From the IMG/VR virus record IMGVR_UViG_3300045125_000101, positions 74,068 through 138,067 of that record: a DNA stretch of 64,000 nucleotides, one strand, 5' to 3'. This document shows positions 24,157 through 34,365 of this stretch, in pieces; the stretch's first letter is position 1, and the number at the start of each line of letters is the position of its first letter. The translations under genes were made by a program, and so were the position numbers. Source of the DNA: a virus. The notes under the pieces were generated by a model, which worked only from the letters and a program-made list of their open reading frames with translations, was not told the origin of the DNA and ran no database searches.

Positions 24157-24466
24157 TTATGCCGACGGTGTTGGTGTTGCGGTCGGAGTTGGAGTTGGCG
24201 TTGGAGTTTCGGACGCTGTTGCGGACGGAGTAGGTGTTGGTGTAGCAGTTTCCGACGGAGTTACGCTAATTGTAGGCGTTACTGATCGGCGTTGGAGTAG
24301 GTGTTCAGTTCTGTTCCGCCCACGCCAGCACCGGTGCAGCGCCCGCTTGTCTTGCTGCCATTTCTTCATTAAAATCGCGAACAATGCGAGCATATTGCTC
24401 CATTAGTTTGTTCAACGGTGCTCTGTCTTTGTTGATTTGATAATAAGTTTGCCAAGGTATTAACAT
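24157..24466 (-). CDS. Small protein with (TP)n repeats (frameshifted)
   Basis: MLIPWQTYY... followed by TPTPS repeats. Confidence 0.45.
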
Positions 24467-24493
24467 AGTATGTATAAATATATAAGTATATAA

Positions 24494-25352
24494 TTAAAAC
24501 TTCATATTTCTAAAGCGTTTTGCGGCTTGGCCTTGAAACTTTCTTATATCAACATTTACGTTTGCTTTCAAGAACTCAATGATTTTCTTCATTACCTGCA
24601 TAAGCATCTTTACGTCTTCTTTAGCATCATCGCCAGCCATCAACTTTGACGCCAAGAGCCTGACCAAGTTTTCCAAGACTTGAACTATAGCTTTTATATT
24701 TTGTTTTTGCAAGCAGACCGTCCAATACAGTTTTTACTTCAGGAACATTTTCAAGTGCCTGCATTGCTGGAATAAAAAGAATCTTGATATATTGACTGTA
24801 TCAAGTACTTCATATCTTTTTCATTGGCGGCAAGCCGTGAAATTTTCGTCTTGCTGCTATCACTTTCATATCAAATGTTGCATTGTGTGCTAATATCACA
24901 ACATTTTGAAAACTGTCCAAAAATTTTTTCAAACTCCAGCAGTGCTTCTTTTTCATCAAGTTTTTCGGCGTTTGGTGTATCATATCCAGTCATCTTTAGT
25001 GCATCTCGCGGATGTAAATCTGGTTTGCCATATTTCTTTTCTCGCCGTGCCATTTCTTTATTAAGATGCTTTGCTTCTGCACTGTTAGGGTCATTCAAAG
25101 CATTGTTTAGTGCAGGTCCAATATTTACTTTTTGCTAAACTCACCAAGTTCATTGAATGTTGAACCATCATATGCCATTGCAGCAATATGTGTTGCTTGA
25201 ACATATGATGTATTTGGCTCAAGATCCCACAGTTTCTGTGTCAAACAATACTATTGTTTTGCCGTCAAACTTCAAAAACTTATCCAGTCATTTCTGGTAT
25301 AGTAAAAGAATATAGTTTGGCTTCAAATAGTAAATCTTTGAGTTTAACTATG
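24494..25352 (-). CDS. DEDDh 3'-5' exonuclease, DnaQ-like (frameshifted)
   Basis: VLFDTETVG (ExoI), ILAHNATFD (ExoII), LDT, DAKEDV (ExoIII); N-terminus VKLKDLLFE. Confidence 0.8.
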
Positions 25353-25610
25353 CTTATAAATATATGGATATAAAAAAGAGGTGGATTTCTCCACCCTCTA
25401 CTGGTTTTCTTTTTTATTGGCAATTATTTTGAGTAATCTTGGTCAAAAATAATGACCAAGCCCAAAATAGCCCAACATACAACGGCTGCTACCATGATAT
25501 GTTTCTCCTATCTCAGAGCCACAGACCCATAGGTTGTGTGGCTGTTATAACTGAGTGTATAATTATACTTCAACTATTATAATAACTCAATATAATAAGT
25601 TATTATTTTT

Positions 25611-26222
25611 TTATCTTACTACTACAGTAGTTGTTTCACTTTTTACCAGACCAGCATTATTAGAAGCATCTACTCTATAACTGCCCGCATTTGCAGATGT
25701 TACATTTGTTAGTTGCAAACTTGAGCGTGTTTGTCCTGCTAATACTACATTGTTTCTATACCATACAAAACGTAATGGTCCCGTAGCAGCAGCATCAACA
25801 TTTGCTTTTAGTGTAATATTATCGCCAACATATGCATTTACTTCTAAACTATATAAATCGCCTTCAAGTATCCAAAAGTTTCTGCTTAGTCGTGTCAGCT
25901 TGAAAACAGAACCCATATTTTTTGTTCTGTATGCTTCATCTGGTTGTAAAATAGTTACGCCATCTTCAGCAACAACTTCCACTGTGCCACTGCTTAGTGT
26001 TGTACCGATTATTTCCGCGCCTACACTAAATACATTAATTCTTTCAAATGGTACAATGAACTTTACTACTTTATTGACTGGCGTTTGTAAGCCAATCAAA
26101 TACCCACTATCTCTGCTTGTTATTTTATATTCAGTAGTAATAGATATTGTTTTTACATCAAGAGCATATGCACTTGAAAACAATCCGAAACATATTGCCA
26201 ACAGTAAAAGTGCCTTTTTCAT
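25611..26222 (-). CDS. Secreted immunoglobulin-domain protein
   Basis: Signal peptide; GPLRFVWYRN...LQLTNVTSANAGSYRVDASNNAG. Confidence 0.8.
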   Translation of the reverse strand: MKKALLLLAICFGLFSSAYALDVKTISITTEYKITSRDSGYLIGLQTPVNKVVKFIVPFERINVFSVGAEIIGTTLSSGTVEVVAEDGVTILQPDEAYRTKNMGSVFKLTRLSRNFWILEGDLYSLEVNAYVGDNITLKANVDAAATGPLRFVWYRNNVVLAGQTRSSLQLTNVTSANAGSYRVDASNNAGLVKSETTTVVVR

Positions 26223-26342
26223 ATACCATATAAATATAATATATATGATATGAAAATGTTATAAACTGTTGATTAGTTTCTAATCATACTGATTTTCACG
26301 CCACTAATATATGGCGTGAAAAATTCAATCGTCAGAATTATA

Positions 26343-26687
26343 TTAACCGCGAATAATCTGAATTTTAACCTGATTAGGAGCAACTGGCGTAACTACAACA
26401 ATGGCGAAGGATCGCTGTCAGCAGTACCCCAATTATTTGTAGCACGCAACTTGTATGTGCCAGCATCTGTTAGAGCAATGGCATTAAATACAAGATTGGC
26501 ACCAGTAGCAACTTGTACATCATTCTTGAACCAAGCAAAAGTAATAGGCGTTGTGCCTTGTGCTTCACCGGCTAAGGTGATTTTTGTGCCAGTATATTCA
26601 GTAGATGATACTGGAGGAGTTTGTGCTGCCATAGTTGAAAACACACCTGCGATTGCCATCAATCGCTATAACTAATAGTTTTTTCAT
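26343..26687 (-). CDS. Secreted single-Ig-domain protein
   Basis: GTTPITFAWFKND...DAGTYKLRATNNWG. Confidence 0.8.
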
Positions 26688-26768
26688 AATTATGATTGTT
26701 TATAACGTTCAAGCATAAATATGATGATATATACGAAAAGAGTATATATAAAAACTAAATGGAAAAAT

Positions 26769-26930
26769 TTACCAGCGATGTATTACACCCGCAACAATAA
26801 AAGCGTTGGTGATGATATATGATAAGATGATTATTGTGCGAATAAGTGCAACTTTATCTGCTTCACAATCATTTGTATCTGCTTTTTCACCAAGCGATTT
26901 TGCCCAAATTCTCCAGAATTTTTTAAACAT
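26769..26930 (-). CDS. Small membrane protein
   Basis: WRIWAKSLGEKA...ADKVALIRT...NAFIVAGVIHRW. Confidence 0.6.
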   Translation of the reverse strand: MFKKFWRIWAKSLGEKADTNDCEADKVALIRTIIILSYIITNAFIVAGVIHRW

Positions 26931-26934
26931 AAAT

Positions 26935-27020
26935 TGGTAGTCGAGAGGGGACTTGAACCCCCAATCCCTCACGGGCAGAAGTTTTTAAGACTTCTCTGTA
27001 TACGATTCCAGCACTCGACC
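26935..27020 (-). tRNA. trnL: tRNA-Leu(TAA)
   Basis: Cloverleaf, loop CTTAAAA, long variable arm, CCA. Confidence 0.9.
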
Positions 27021-27029
27021 ATATAAAAT

Positions 27030-27106
27030 TGGTGGTCGCGAAGGGACTTGAACTCCTGACACCATCGATGTAAACGATGTGCTCTAACCAACTGAGCTAC
27101 GCGACC
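27030..27106 (-). tRNA. trnV: tRNA-Val(TAC)
   Basis: CATCG-TTTACAT-CGATG, CCA. Confidence 0.92.
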
Positions 27107-27111
27107 AAATA

Positions 27112-27387
27112 TTAAATTTTTCCAAATTGTTTTTTCTGCCAATATCCTACAGGTTTTGTTTGTATTTCGTATGACTTGCACCACTTTCTAACAGCGTTGC
27201 CAGATACTCCATACTGTTTTCCTATGCTTTCTATTGGAACAGATTCTATTAGATTTGTCAAGTGTTCTTTTGATGGGCGTTCTACTTTACGACAATATTG
27301 TTTTGGCTTAGTTCTCCAGTTTGGGTCTTTGGGAATTTTTGGAGTTTTAGGAGCCCGTTCAATTTCCACTTTATCCAAATAAGACAA
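27112..27387 (-). CDS. Helix-turn-helix protein (endonuclease-associated type)
   Basis: RPSKEHL...IGKQYGVSGNAVRKWCK. Confidence 0.6.
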   Translation of the reverse strand: MSYLDKVEIERAPKTPKIPKDPNWRTKPKQYCRKVERPSKEHLTNLIESVPIESIGKQYGVSGNAVRKWCKSYEIQTKPVGYWQKKQFGKI

Positions 27388-27392
27388 TAACT

Positions 27393-27991
27393 TTATTCCA
27401 TTTTTTCTGCAACCTTTCTGATTCTATTGTAATATCTAGAACCTTTATGGGTACTTACCGCTTTTGCTATATCTGTTATGCAATTGTATTTTTTACACGC
27501 CTCCAATATTTGCTCGTCGCCAACTTTCATATTTTTTCTATGAGAAGTTTCTGTTTGTGAGTGGCAGTTAGGACACAAAAACCGGAGATTTTCTTTCTAT
27601 TATCTCTCCAATTTCCATCTTTGTGGTCTACTTCCAATGTTATTGGAAGATTATTATAAGAATTTATATTACATTTTTCGCACTTATATTCTCGTCCAAT
27701 TTCTCGCAATGCTCTTGTTAAGATATTTCCGTGAACTCTTTTATCTCGCGTCGAGAACATCAATATTTCATTGGCACATTTTCTTGTATTTTCTACTCTT
27801 CTTTTAGCTCCTTCCAACATTCCTGCTACACTTGACTGGAAATGAGAAGTATCAATACCATATTCTTTTATTTTTCGGCTGATGTGATTGTGTCCTCCAC
27901 CCGATATTGGGCAATTTACAATACGCATTACTTCTGTAACCGATTTCGCTTTTTTTGCGGCATCTTCTAATATTTGTTTGGTGTATTTCAT
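27393..27991 (-). CDS. HNH homing endonuclease (frameshifted)
   Basis: YKCEKC, LEVDHKDGNWRDNR, LCPNCHSQT. Confidence 0.88.
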
Positions 27992-28046
27992 ATACAATAA
28001 ATAGTATACACAACACAAAAAACATTGCTCGTTTACTACTTTTTAA

Positions 28047-28137
28047 TGGTAGCATCGGTGGGGCTCGAACCCACACGGGATATTTCACCCATCGGTTTTT
28101 GAGACCGACCTGTTTAACCAATTACAAGCACGATGCC
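28047..28137 (-). tRNA. trnL: tRNA-Leu(CAA)
   Basis: TCGGT-CTCAAAA-ACCGA, long variable arm, CCA. Confidence 0.9.
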
Positions 28138-28152
28138 ATATCTAACAAAAAT

Positions 28153-28241
28153 TGGTGGGCGAGACAGGACTTGAACCTGCACGCTTGTATAATAAGCACG
28201 AGCTTCTAAGACTCGAATGTCTGCCATTCCATCACTCGCCC
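28153..28241 (-). tRNA. trnL: tRNA-Leu(TAG)
   Basis: CGAGT-CTTAGAA-GCTCG, long variable arm, CCA. Confidence 0.92.
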
Positions 28242-28244
28242 AAT

Positions 28245-28287
28245 TCAAAGAACACCTATACTCTACACACTTTATTTATTTCGTCAA
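28245..28287 (-). promoter_or_regulatory. Sigma70-type promoter plus boxA-like leader
   Basis: TTGACG-N16-TAGAGT then GTTCTTTGA just before tRNA-Leu. Confidence 0.6.
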
Positions 28288-28606
28288 GAACTTTCTGCGA
28301 TAAACTGCATATCCTAATCCAATCATTCCTGCAAACAATGCATATGTAGATGGTTCAGGCACAGCAGGACCGCAATAATCTTTATCATATCCATCTTTGC
28401 CACCATAATATGGACTCTTATATTTATCATCATCATCTTCATCATCCCAATCATAACTGCTGCTCATAGTAATCATCTGCACAGGGTCATTATATGACGA
28501 CGTAAATGTGCTGATAATATCATAGTTTGCCAAAATCAACAATAGTATCACTGGCAAAAATGCTGCCAACAAACATAGCAAAGATAAACAATAGTTTCTT
28601 ATTCAT
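28276..28606 (-). CDS. PEP-CTERM sorting-domain protein
   Basis: C-terminal AVPEPSTYALFAGMIGLGYAVYRRK; hydrophobic N-terminus. Confidence 0.85.
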
Positions 28607-28704
28607 ATGAGATAACTATACACTTTTTTATGCTTTGTTCAAGCACAAAAACTATAATAAGTAAAACAACGTATTATATCTTATAATCGTCATTTTCTAT
28701 GCTT

Positions 28705-29122
28705 TTATATATTTTCGCTTATACGATTTACCCAATAATCTAAATCATATGACTCATCTACTTTAGTATGATATTCAGTAGGTTCTGTAAATAACTTTGT
28801 TGTATCACTAAAATCTCGCACAGGTTTTCTTGCCATAAATACTATATAAGCATCATTTGCTCCAAATGCTTGTCTTGCTGCTGCTGTTGGACATACAAAA
28901 TCTGCAATTGCATATACACCTGTTCTATTTACAATATCACATAATATGCCCATTCTTTTAGCGTGTTCTATTCTATCTGATATATCAAATGTAAGGTCTT
29001 TATTTATTTTAGACCTTATTTCATCAGCGTTGAAATGAACCGCAGATAGTTTCTTTGCTAATGCAGTAGATAATGTTGTTTTGCTCAGAACCGGGTAATC
29101 CCATAACAAGTATCTTTTTCAT
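28705..29122 (-). CDS. cysC: Adenylyl-sulfate kinase-like protein
   Basis: ILVMGLPGS.KTTL, NADEIR, DLTFDISDRIEHAKRMG, IADFVCPT. Confidence 0.75.
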
Positions 29123-29127
29123 AAAAG

Positions 29128-29212
29128 TGGTGCTAGATGGGTTACGATCCCACGAAGGATTTCTCCAAGAGCTTATGAAACTCCTGTGCTTTGTCCACTT
29201 GCATACTCTAGC
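29128..29212 (-). tRNA. tRNA with CAT anticodon (Met or Ile2) and long variable arm
   Basis: GGAGT-TTCATAA-GCTCT; variable hairpin GGA-GAAA-TCC; CCA. Confidence 0.75.
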
Positions 29213-29274
29213 ATAAAATTATTTATTTTTTCTACTTTTTTCCTACTTTTACTTATACTTATAATTATAAATAT

Positions 29275-29400
29275 ATGGGAAGAAAAAAATATACAAAACT
29301 GATAAAGAACAAGTCGAGGCTAGAAAAGCCCGACAAATGAGATACTATGAAAGAAATAAGGAAATAGTCAAGAAAGAAAAAACTCGGAGAGATATTATGA
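29275..29400 (+). CDS. Small basic ORF preceding an endonuclease
   Basis: MGRKK.YKTDKEQVEARKARQMRYYERNK (one indel). Confidence 0.5.
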
Positions 29401-30199
29401 ATACAAAAAAATTGCCGCCGCTAAATAAAGAAGAGTTGGAGAAATACATATCAGACGGATTGTCCTCATACGAAATGTCTGAAATAGTTGGAAGAGGGCA
29501 AACATCTGTTCGTTGGTGGCTCAAGAAGTATGGATTAAAAACAAATCATATTGTTGGCAAATCCTAGAGGCATAATAAAGAATACAATAAACAAAAAATA
29601 CGGAGAAAAAAACATAATAAATTGGAGTGAGTTTCAAGTGTACTATGATGGTGGAAAAACCGTAAAAGAGACGATAAAAATATTCAATGCTTCTCGTAAG
29701 ATGGTAGAAGATGCAAGAAAAATAAACTATTCACACCAAGAACACCATCGGAAACATTGCGTATGACAGGCCGAGCTTTCAAAAACATTCAGATGAGACA
29801 AAGCAACTACTATCGGAAAAACGAAAAGCATATTTGAATAAAACTGGCAACGCTGCATGGAAAACTCACGAAAAATTTAAATCACAACCGTGCGAATGGT
29901 TAAAGTCGGAACTATTAAAAATAAATATTCAATTTGAACCAGAACACGAGCCTTTGAGGCATATTGGTCGTTATTTTGCGGTAGATATTGCGTTTATATC
30001 CAAAAAATTTATAATAGAAATAAACGGAAGACAGCATTATAATTCAGACGGGTCTTTGGCTCCATATTATCAAAATCGCCACAACCTTATTACATCATAT
30101 GGTTGGGAAATATGGAAATTCCATATCACGAAACAAAATCACCATATTTTTTGGAGAAGGTTTTTGAATGTATTAAAACAAAAAATGGTCCTCCCGTAG
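29397..30199 (+). CDS. DUF559/Vsr-like homing-type endonuclease with HTH and NUMOD-like segments (frameshifted)
   Basis: GQTSVRWWLKKYGLKT; HSDETKQLLS; YFAVDIAF...IIEINGRQHY...GWEI. Confidence 0.7.
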
Positions 30200-30289
30200 G
30201 ACTCGAACCTACAGCCGTACTCACATCTAGAGTCGCCCTTTCGGGTGTCGGGTATAAACCGAATGCTCTGCCAATTGAGCTACGAGAGG
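30186..30289 (-). tRNA. trnI: tRNA-Ile(TAT) with greatly expanded variable region
   Basis: Canonical D arm, TCGG-TTTATAC-CCGA, T arm GTAGG-TTCGAGT-CCTAC, CCA; 104 nt. Confidence 0.8.
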
Positions 30290-30440
30290 AATAAAATGTT
30301 AAAGAACGAGGAAGGCACATATTGCGGTTCGTGTCCTTCGAGGAAAACCTACCCGTTACCTCCGTGCAGTCTCACTGCACCCTTATCTTGCAATACATAA
30401 TGGCAGATTTTTATCCAAAGTCAATAACTATTTCGACTTT

Positions 30441-30692
30441 TTAATCAGCTTTATCGCCAAACATAAACTTGTTGGCAATAACATCTATGTTATGAAATGC
30501 TATACTGACCTTATCTATCATCCAAGGGTCCAACTTAACATTCTCATTTGCCATAATCTCTTTTATACGCTTGCACTTTTCTTCTATGGCAGTTAGTTGA
30601 TATTCAATCATATCCTGCTGACGTTCTGGATTTAATGTTACCATTTCATCCATTACTTCTTTGATAAGGTCTTTTAGTTCGGATTTCTTCAT
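30441..30692 (-). CDS. Hypothetical protein (probable head-internal type)
   Basis: MKKSELKDLIKEVMDE...LDPWMIDKVS; ATATTTAT upstream. Confidence 0.6.
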   Translation of the reverse strand: MKKSELKDLIKEVMDEMVTLNPERQQDMIEYQLTAIEEKCKRIKEIMANENVKLDPWMIDKVSIAFHNIDVIANKFMFGDKAD

Positions 30693-30719
30693 ACTATTAT
30701 AAATATATACATATAAACA

Positions 30720-30746
30720 AAAAACCCAGCATTTACGCTGGGTTTT
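30720..30746 (-). terminator. Intrinsic terminator
   Basis: AAAACCCAGC-ATTTAC-GCTGGGTTTT. Confidence 0.7.
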
Positions 30747-30768
30747 GTGACTTGCAACTATTTTAGTT

Positions 30769-32736
30769 TTATGGCTTTGGGGGCAAGAATGTGCCTGTGC
30801 CAGTATTAACTGGATATACTCCACTCAAGTTGGTCGCAAAGCTCAATGCACTCAAATCTGTAACTCCTTTGCATTAAATGTAAGTGCCGAGGTCTTTAGC
30901 AGATTAGACAGTGTAATGCTTCCGCCAGCAGTTAGTGTTAGAGCACCAACTACTGAGTTTGTAGCAGCAGCAGAAGTATTGAAGATGTCTGCACCGCTAA
31001 CAACAGAAGTTGCTCCACCATTTAGCGAACCGATGTTTGTAGCACCAAGCTCACTTACGCTGATTGCACCTGTTCCGGTTGTGATGGCAATCAAACCAAA
31101 GTTGTTGTTTGGTTGAGTTAGAGCAACATCACCATTGTTTGTATTAACTGCCAGATTTCCACGAACATCAACAGATGTGGTAGGAACCTGCGATACTGCC
31201 GCACCAGCAATACCAACAGTAGATAGTGTCAAGTTTCCAGCTACGTTGGCTGTACCAAGAGCCAAGGCACGAGCCTGTGTCAATGTAGCATCACCAGTAG
31301 CAGTTAGTGTAACGTTTCCAAGGTTGTTTAGACCAGCAGGATCGTTCAACACAACGTTGGCTGCACTAAGATTGCAGCTGCACCAGCAGTCAAACGACTG
31401 GGTAGCAACCAACTGAACAATATCACTCTTGCTTGCAGCAACCAGATTACCAGTTACAGCAACACGGTTTAGGTTTAGTGTAGCATCTTCAAAGATGGTG
31501 GCATTACCAACGAACATCAAGGCTAACAGGACCAAAACTATGGTTTGCACGAGTGATATTAACATCGCCGGTAGTAACAAACGATGTTGGACCATACACA
31601 AACTGCTTTTCTGCTGTATCAACAACAGTAGGAGCAGTAAATGGTATTACCAGAACTTCCCAATGCAACACCAGTCAAGGCAATGCGAGATAGAGCAGTT
31701 ACATTAGTATCACCTGTGCCGCTGTTTGTAACATTAGCAAGAGTGACTGCACCACCGCTAAGAGTAATGTTTCCAGCCGCCATTACATTATAGTTAGTAG
31801 AAGCAGCACTGCTTGCAGCAACAATGTTATTACCAGTAACAGTGACATTAGTACTGGTCAATCTAGGAAGAGAAACGTCTTTTCCAGAAACAGTCAAGTT
31901 TGTTACGTTGAGTGTGCCAGTGCCTTGTGTAACTGCACCAGCGGTCAAAGTGCCAGTAGCATTGATTGTAATATTACCCGTGGAAGTAATAAATCCATTA
32001 GGAGCAATAACTACATTGCCGCGCAGATGTATTGATGTCGGTCTTGCCGTTGAGCACAGCAGGAGCACCAGCAATAGAGCCAAGCGAAGCATTGCCTCCG
32101 TATGTATTGACTACGAGGTTACCAGTAACACATAGCACCTCCAATGTTTGTAGCACGAGATGCAATAGTGATGTTTTCACCAATGCTCTGCAATACTGCA
32201 CCATCATTTAGGGTTACACCATTGGTAAGCACGCTGGTAGGCAGATTGTCTTGGCTGGGCAACTTGCTATTGGCATTCCAGTATCCAAGTGCAACGGTAG
32301 GATCATCCACGGTGCTGACATATAGTCCAGCAGCATTGATGGTACTTGTACCACCAATCAGCACACCGTTCGGATTTAGAATAAACACCCGTCCATTGGA
32401 CTCGATGGCACCATTCACGACGCTGGCTGCTCCACCTGCGACGATATTCAGCACAGACGAGTTGGCGGTTGGCAATGTATATTCAATGCGCTGACCCGCG
32501 TCGATTGTGCTGGTTCCGCTACCAAAAGCCTGCCAAGTTAGCACGGACTTGTTTGGAGCAGCAATGCTCAGTGAGGTAGATGTTCCATTTACTAGAACTC
32601 CCGCTGTCGTTTGTAGGTTGGTAGCATCAATGCTAGGAATAGCAAAGACATAACCAACAGCGAATACAAACGCCATCAGCGAAGCCATTACCTTCGTCCA
32701 CAGCGAGTTATTATGTGTATTAGTTGTATATTTCAT
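30769..32736 (-). CDS. Filamentous-haemagglutinin N-terminal (TPS) domain protein with beta-helix repeats (frameshifted)
   Basis: Signal peptide; VLTWQAF, SVLNIV, NGRVFILNPNGVLIG; G/T/N/V-rich repeats. Confidence 0.85.
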
Positions 32737-32870
32737 ATGTATTTTGTTTTTATTATCTGTTGTTTAACTGATAGTAGAGCCAATAAATATGCACATATAT
32801 ACGACTAAATCAAGCAAAAAATTTTTATATATATTTTTATATATACGATTTGATATATATATTATCACTT

Positions 32871-33300
32871 ATGTATACATACAAATGCCGCATTAATAAA
32901 GTGTTAGACGGTGACACTGTTGAAATAGATTTGGACTTGGGATTTAATACTACTCTTGCTAACCAAAAAGTAAGATTACTTGGTATTGATACACCAGAAT
33001 CTCGTACAACAAATAAAGAAGAAAGATACGTGGCAATCTTTCTAAAAAGAAACTACAAGAAAAACTGGCTGTAGGTAGTTATGTAAAGATTATTACACAC
33101 AAGAATGATAATAACGATGACAAGTTTGGCCGCATACTTGGCGAGTTTATTCTTGATGATGGTACTAATCTAAACAAATGGATGATAGAAAACAACTATG
33201 CTGTGCCATATCTTGGCGAAAACAAAGAGCTTGTGCAAGAAGCACATCAAGCTAATAAGAAGAAACTTATTGAACGTGGCGAGTTGCCAAAAGAATCTTA
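32871..33300 (+). CDS. Thermonuclease (SNase) family protein (frameshifted)
   Basis: VLDGDT..IDLDLGF..VRLLGIDTPESRT; DKFGRILG. Confidence 0.85.
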
Positions 33301-33978
33301 ATTGTCTAGTTCTCTTGGGTCAAACTTGTCCCAGCCATCCGGCTTTCTTTTATCACCAAAAGTACGATTGTACATCCAATACAACTTGGTGAATAGTTCC
33401 GGCCATACAAATACTTTAGCGTTTGTGCCTAATAGCGTTATTGAATTTTTATCAAAGTATCTGCCGCGAATAATAATTGGACCGCCATCTTTGTTTTTAC
33501 AATTTACAAAAGTAAATCTACGTGTCTTGGGACGATCTTGCTGGTCATATATGCTATAATCGCCAAGTAGTATATCGTTAAATACACAACTATTAAACGT
33601 AACGTCGTGTACTCCGCCTTTGATGCCAATATCACATACTTCATCTAAAGCATATGGCGATTTAATAGTTTTTCGCACGCCATCATTTACAAATGTGCAA
33701 TCTGTAAATGTAACATTAGCACCACGAACCATATCAAATGCTCGTGCTGTGCCATTTTTGAATATACAGTTCTTATATTCAAGACCAAAAGTAAGCGATG
33801 CTTTACCGCCCCATCTTGTATCTTGACCGTCTATAGTGCAGTTGATTACAGCACTATCATCATTTTGACTAAAGCAGAAAACAGATAACCCATCAGTTCT
33901 GTTGTCTGGTGTATCTGGATTGTATGTGTTTGATTTATCAAACGTTTGATTTTCTATTACGATATTTGTTGTAGCCAT
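33298..33978 (-). CDS. Right-handed beta-helix-like protein
   Basis: Repeated NCTI/NCIF/DCTF/SCVF motifs. Confidence 0.55.
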   Translation of the reverse strand: MATTNIVIENQTFDKSNTYNPDTPDNRTDGLSVFCFSQNDDSAVINCTIDGQDTRWGGKASLTFGLEYKNCIFKNGTARAFDMVRGANVTFTDCTFVNDGVRKTIKSPYALDEVCDIGIKGGVHDVTFNSCVFNDILLGDYSIYDQQDRPKTRRFTFVNCKNKDGGPIIIRGRYFDKNSITLLGTNAKVFVWPELFTKLYWMYNRTFGDKRKPDGWDKFDPRELDN

Positions 33979-34019
33979 AATGGCTATAAATATCGTTTTT
34001 GAGGAAAAATTTACACGAC

Positions 34020-34268
34020 TTAGTTTGTAGGCGTGCTAGTTGGCGTCACTTCTGGTGTAGCCGTTGGAAATTCGGCATTATTTTCAAGTTTTTTGCTTGA
34101 TGCAAAATAACTAGCAACTTCGGTCATAGTTAATCCAGTAGAATCCAACAATGGATGTAAGTAGTTTATTCTATTTTGTCGAGTGTTTTTATGGCCACCC
34201 AATTTATCCAAAAGATGTGCCATATTCCAAGAAGAGCTGGCCATAGCGATGAGTTCTTGCGAGTTCAT
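34020..34268 (-). CDS. Hypothetical protein
   Basis: 82-aa ORF with ATATTTAT upstream. Confidence 0.5.
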   Translation of the reverse strand: MNSQELIAMASSSWNMAHLLDKLGGHKNTRQNRINYLHPLLDSTGLTMTEVASYFASSKKLENNAEFPTATPEVTPTSTPTN

Positions 34269-34365
34269 ATTTTATTTAATATAAATATAAACAAATTAAA
34301 ATAAAAATAACCAAAAAATTAAATTATTTTATGTTTAACAGTTTAATAAACTATCGCATTTTTGC

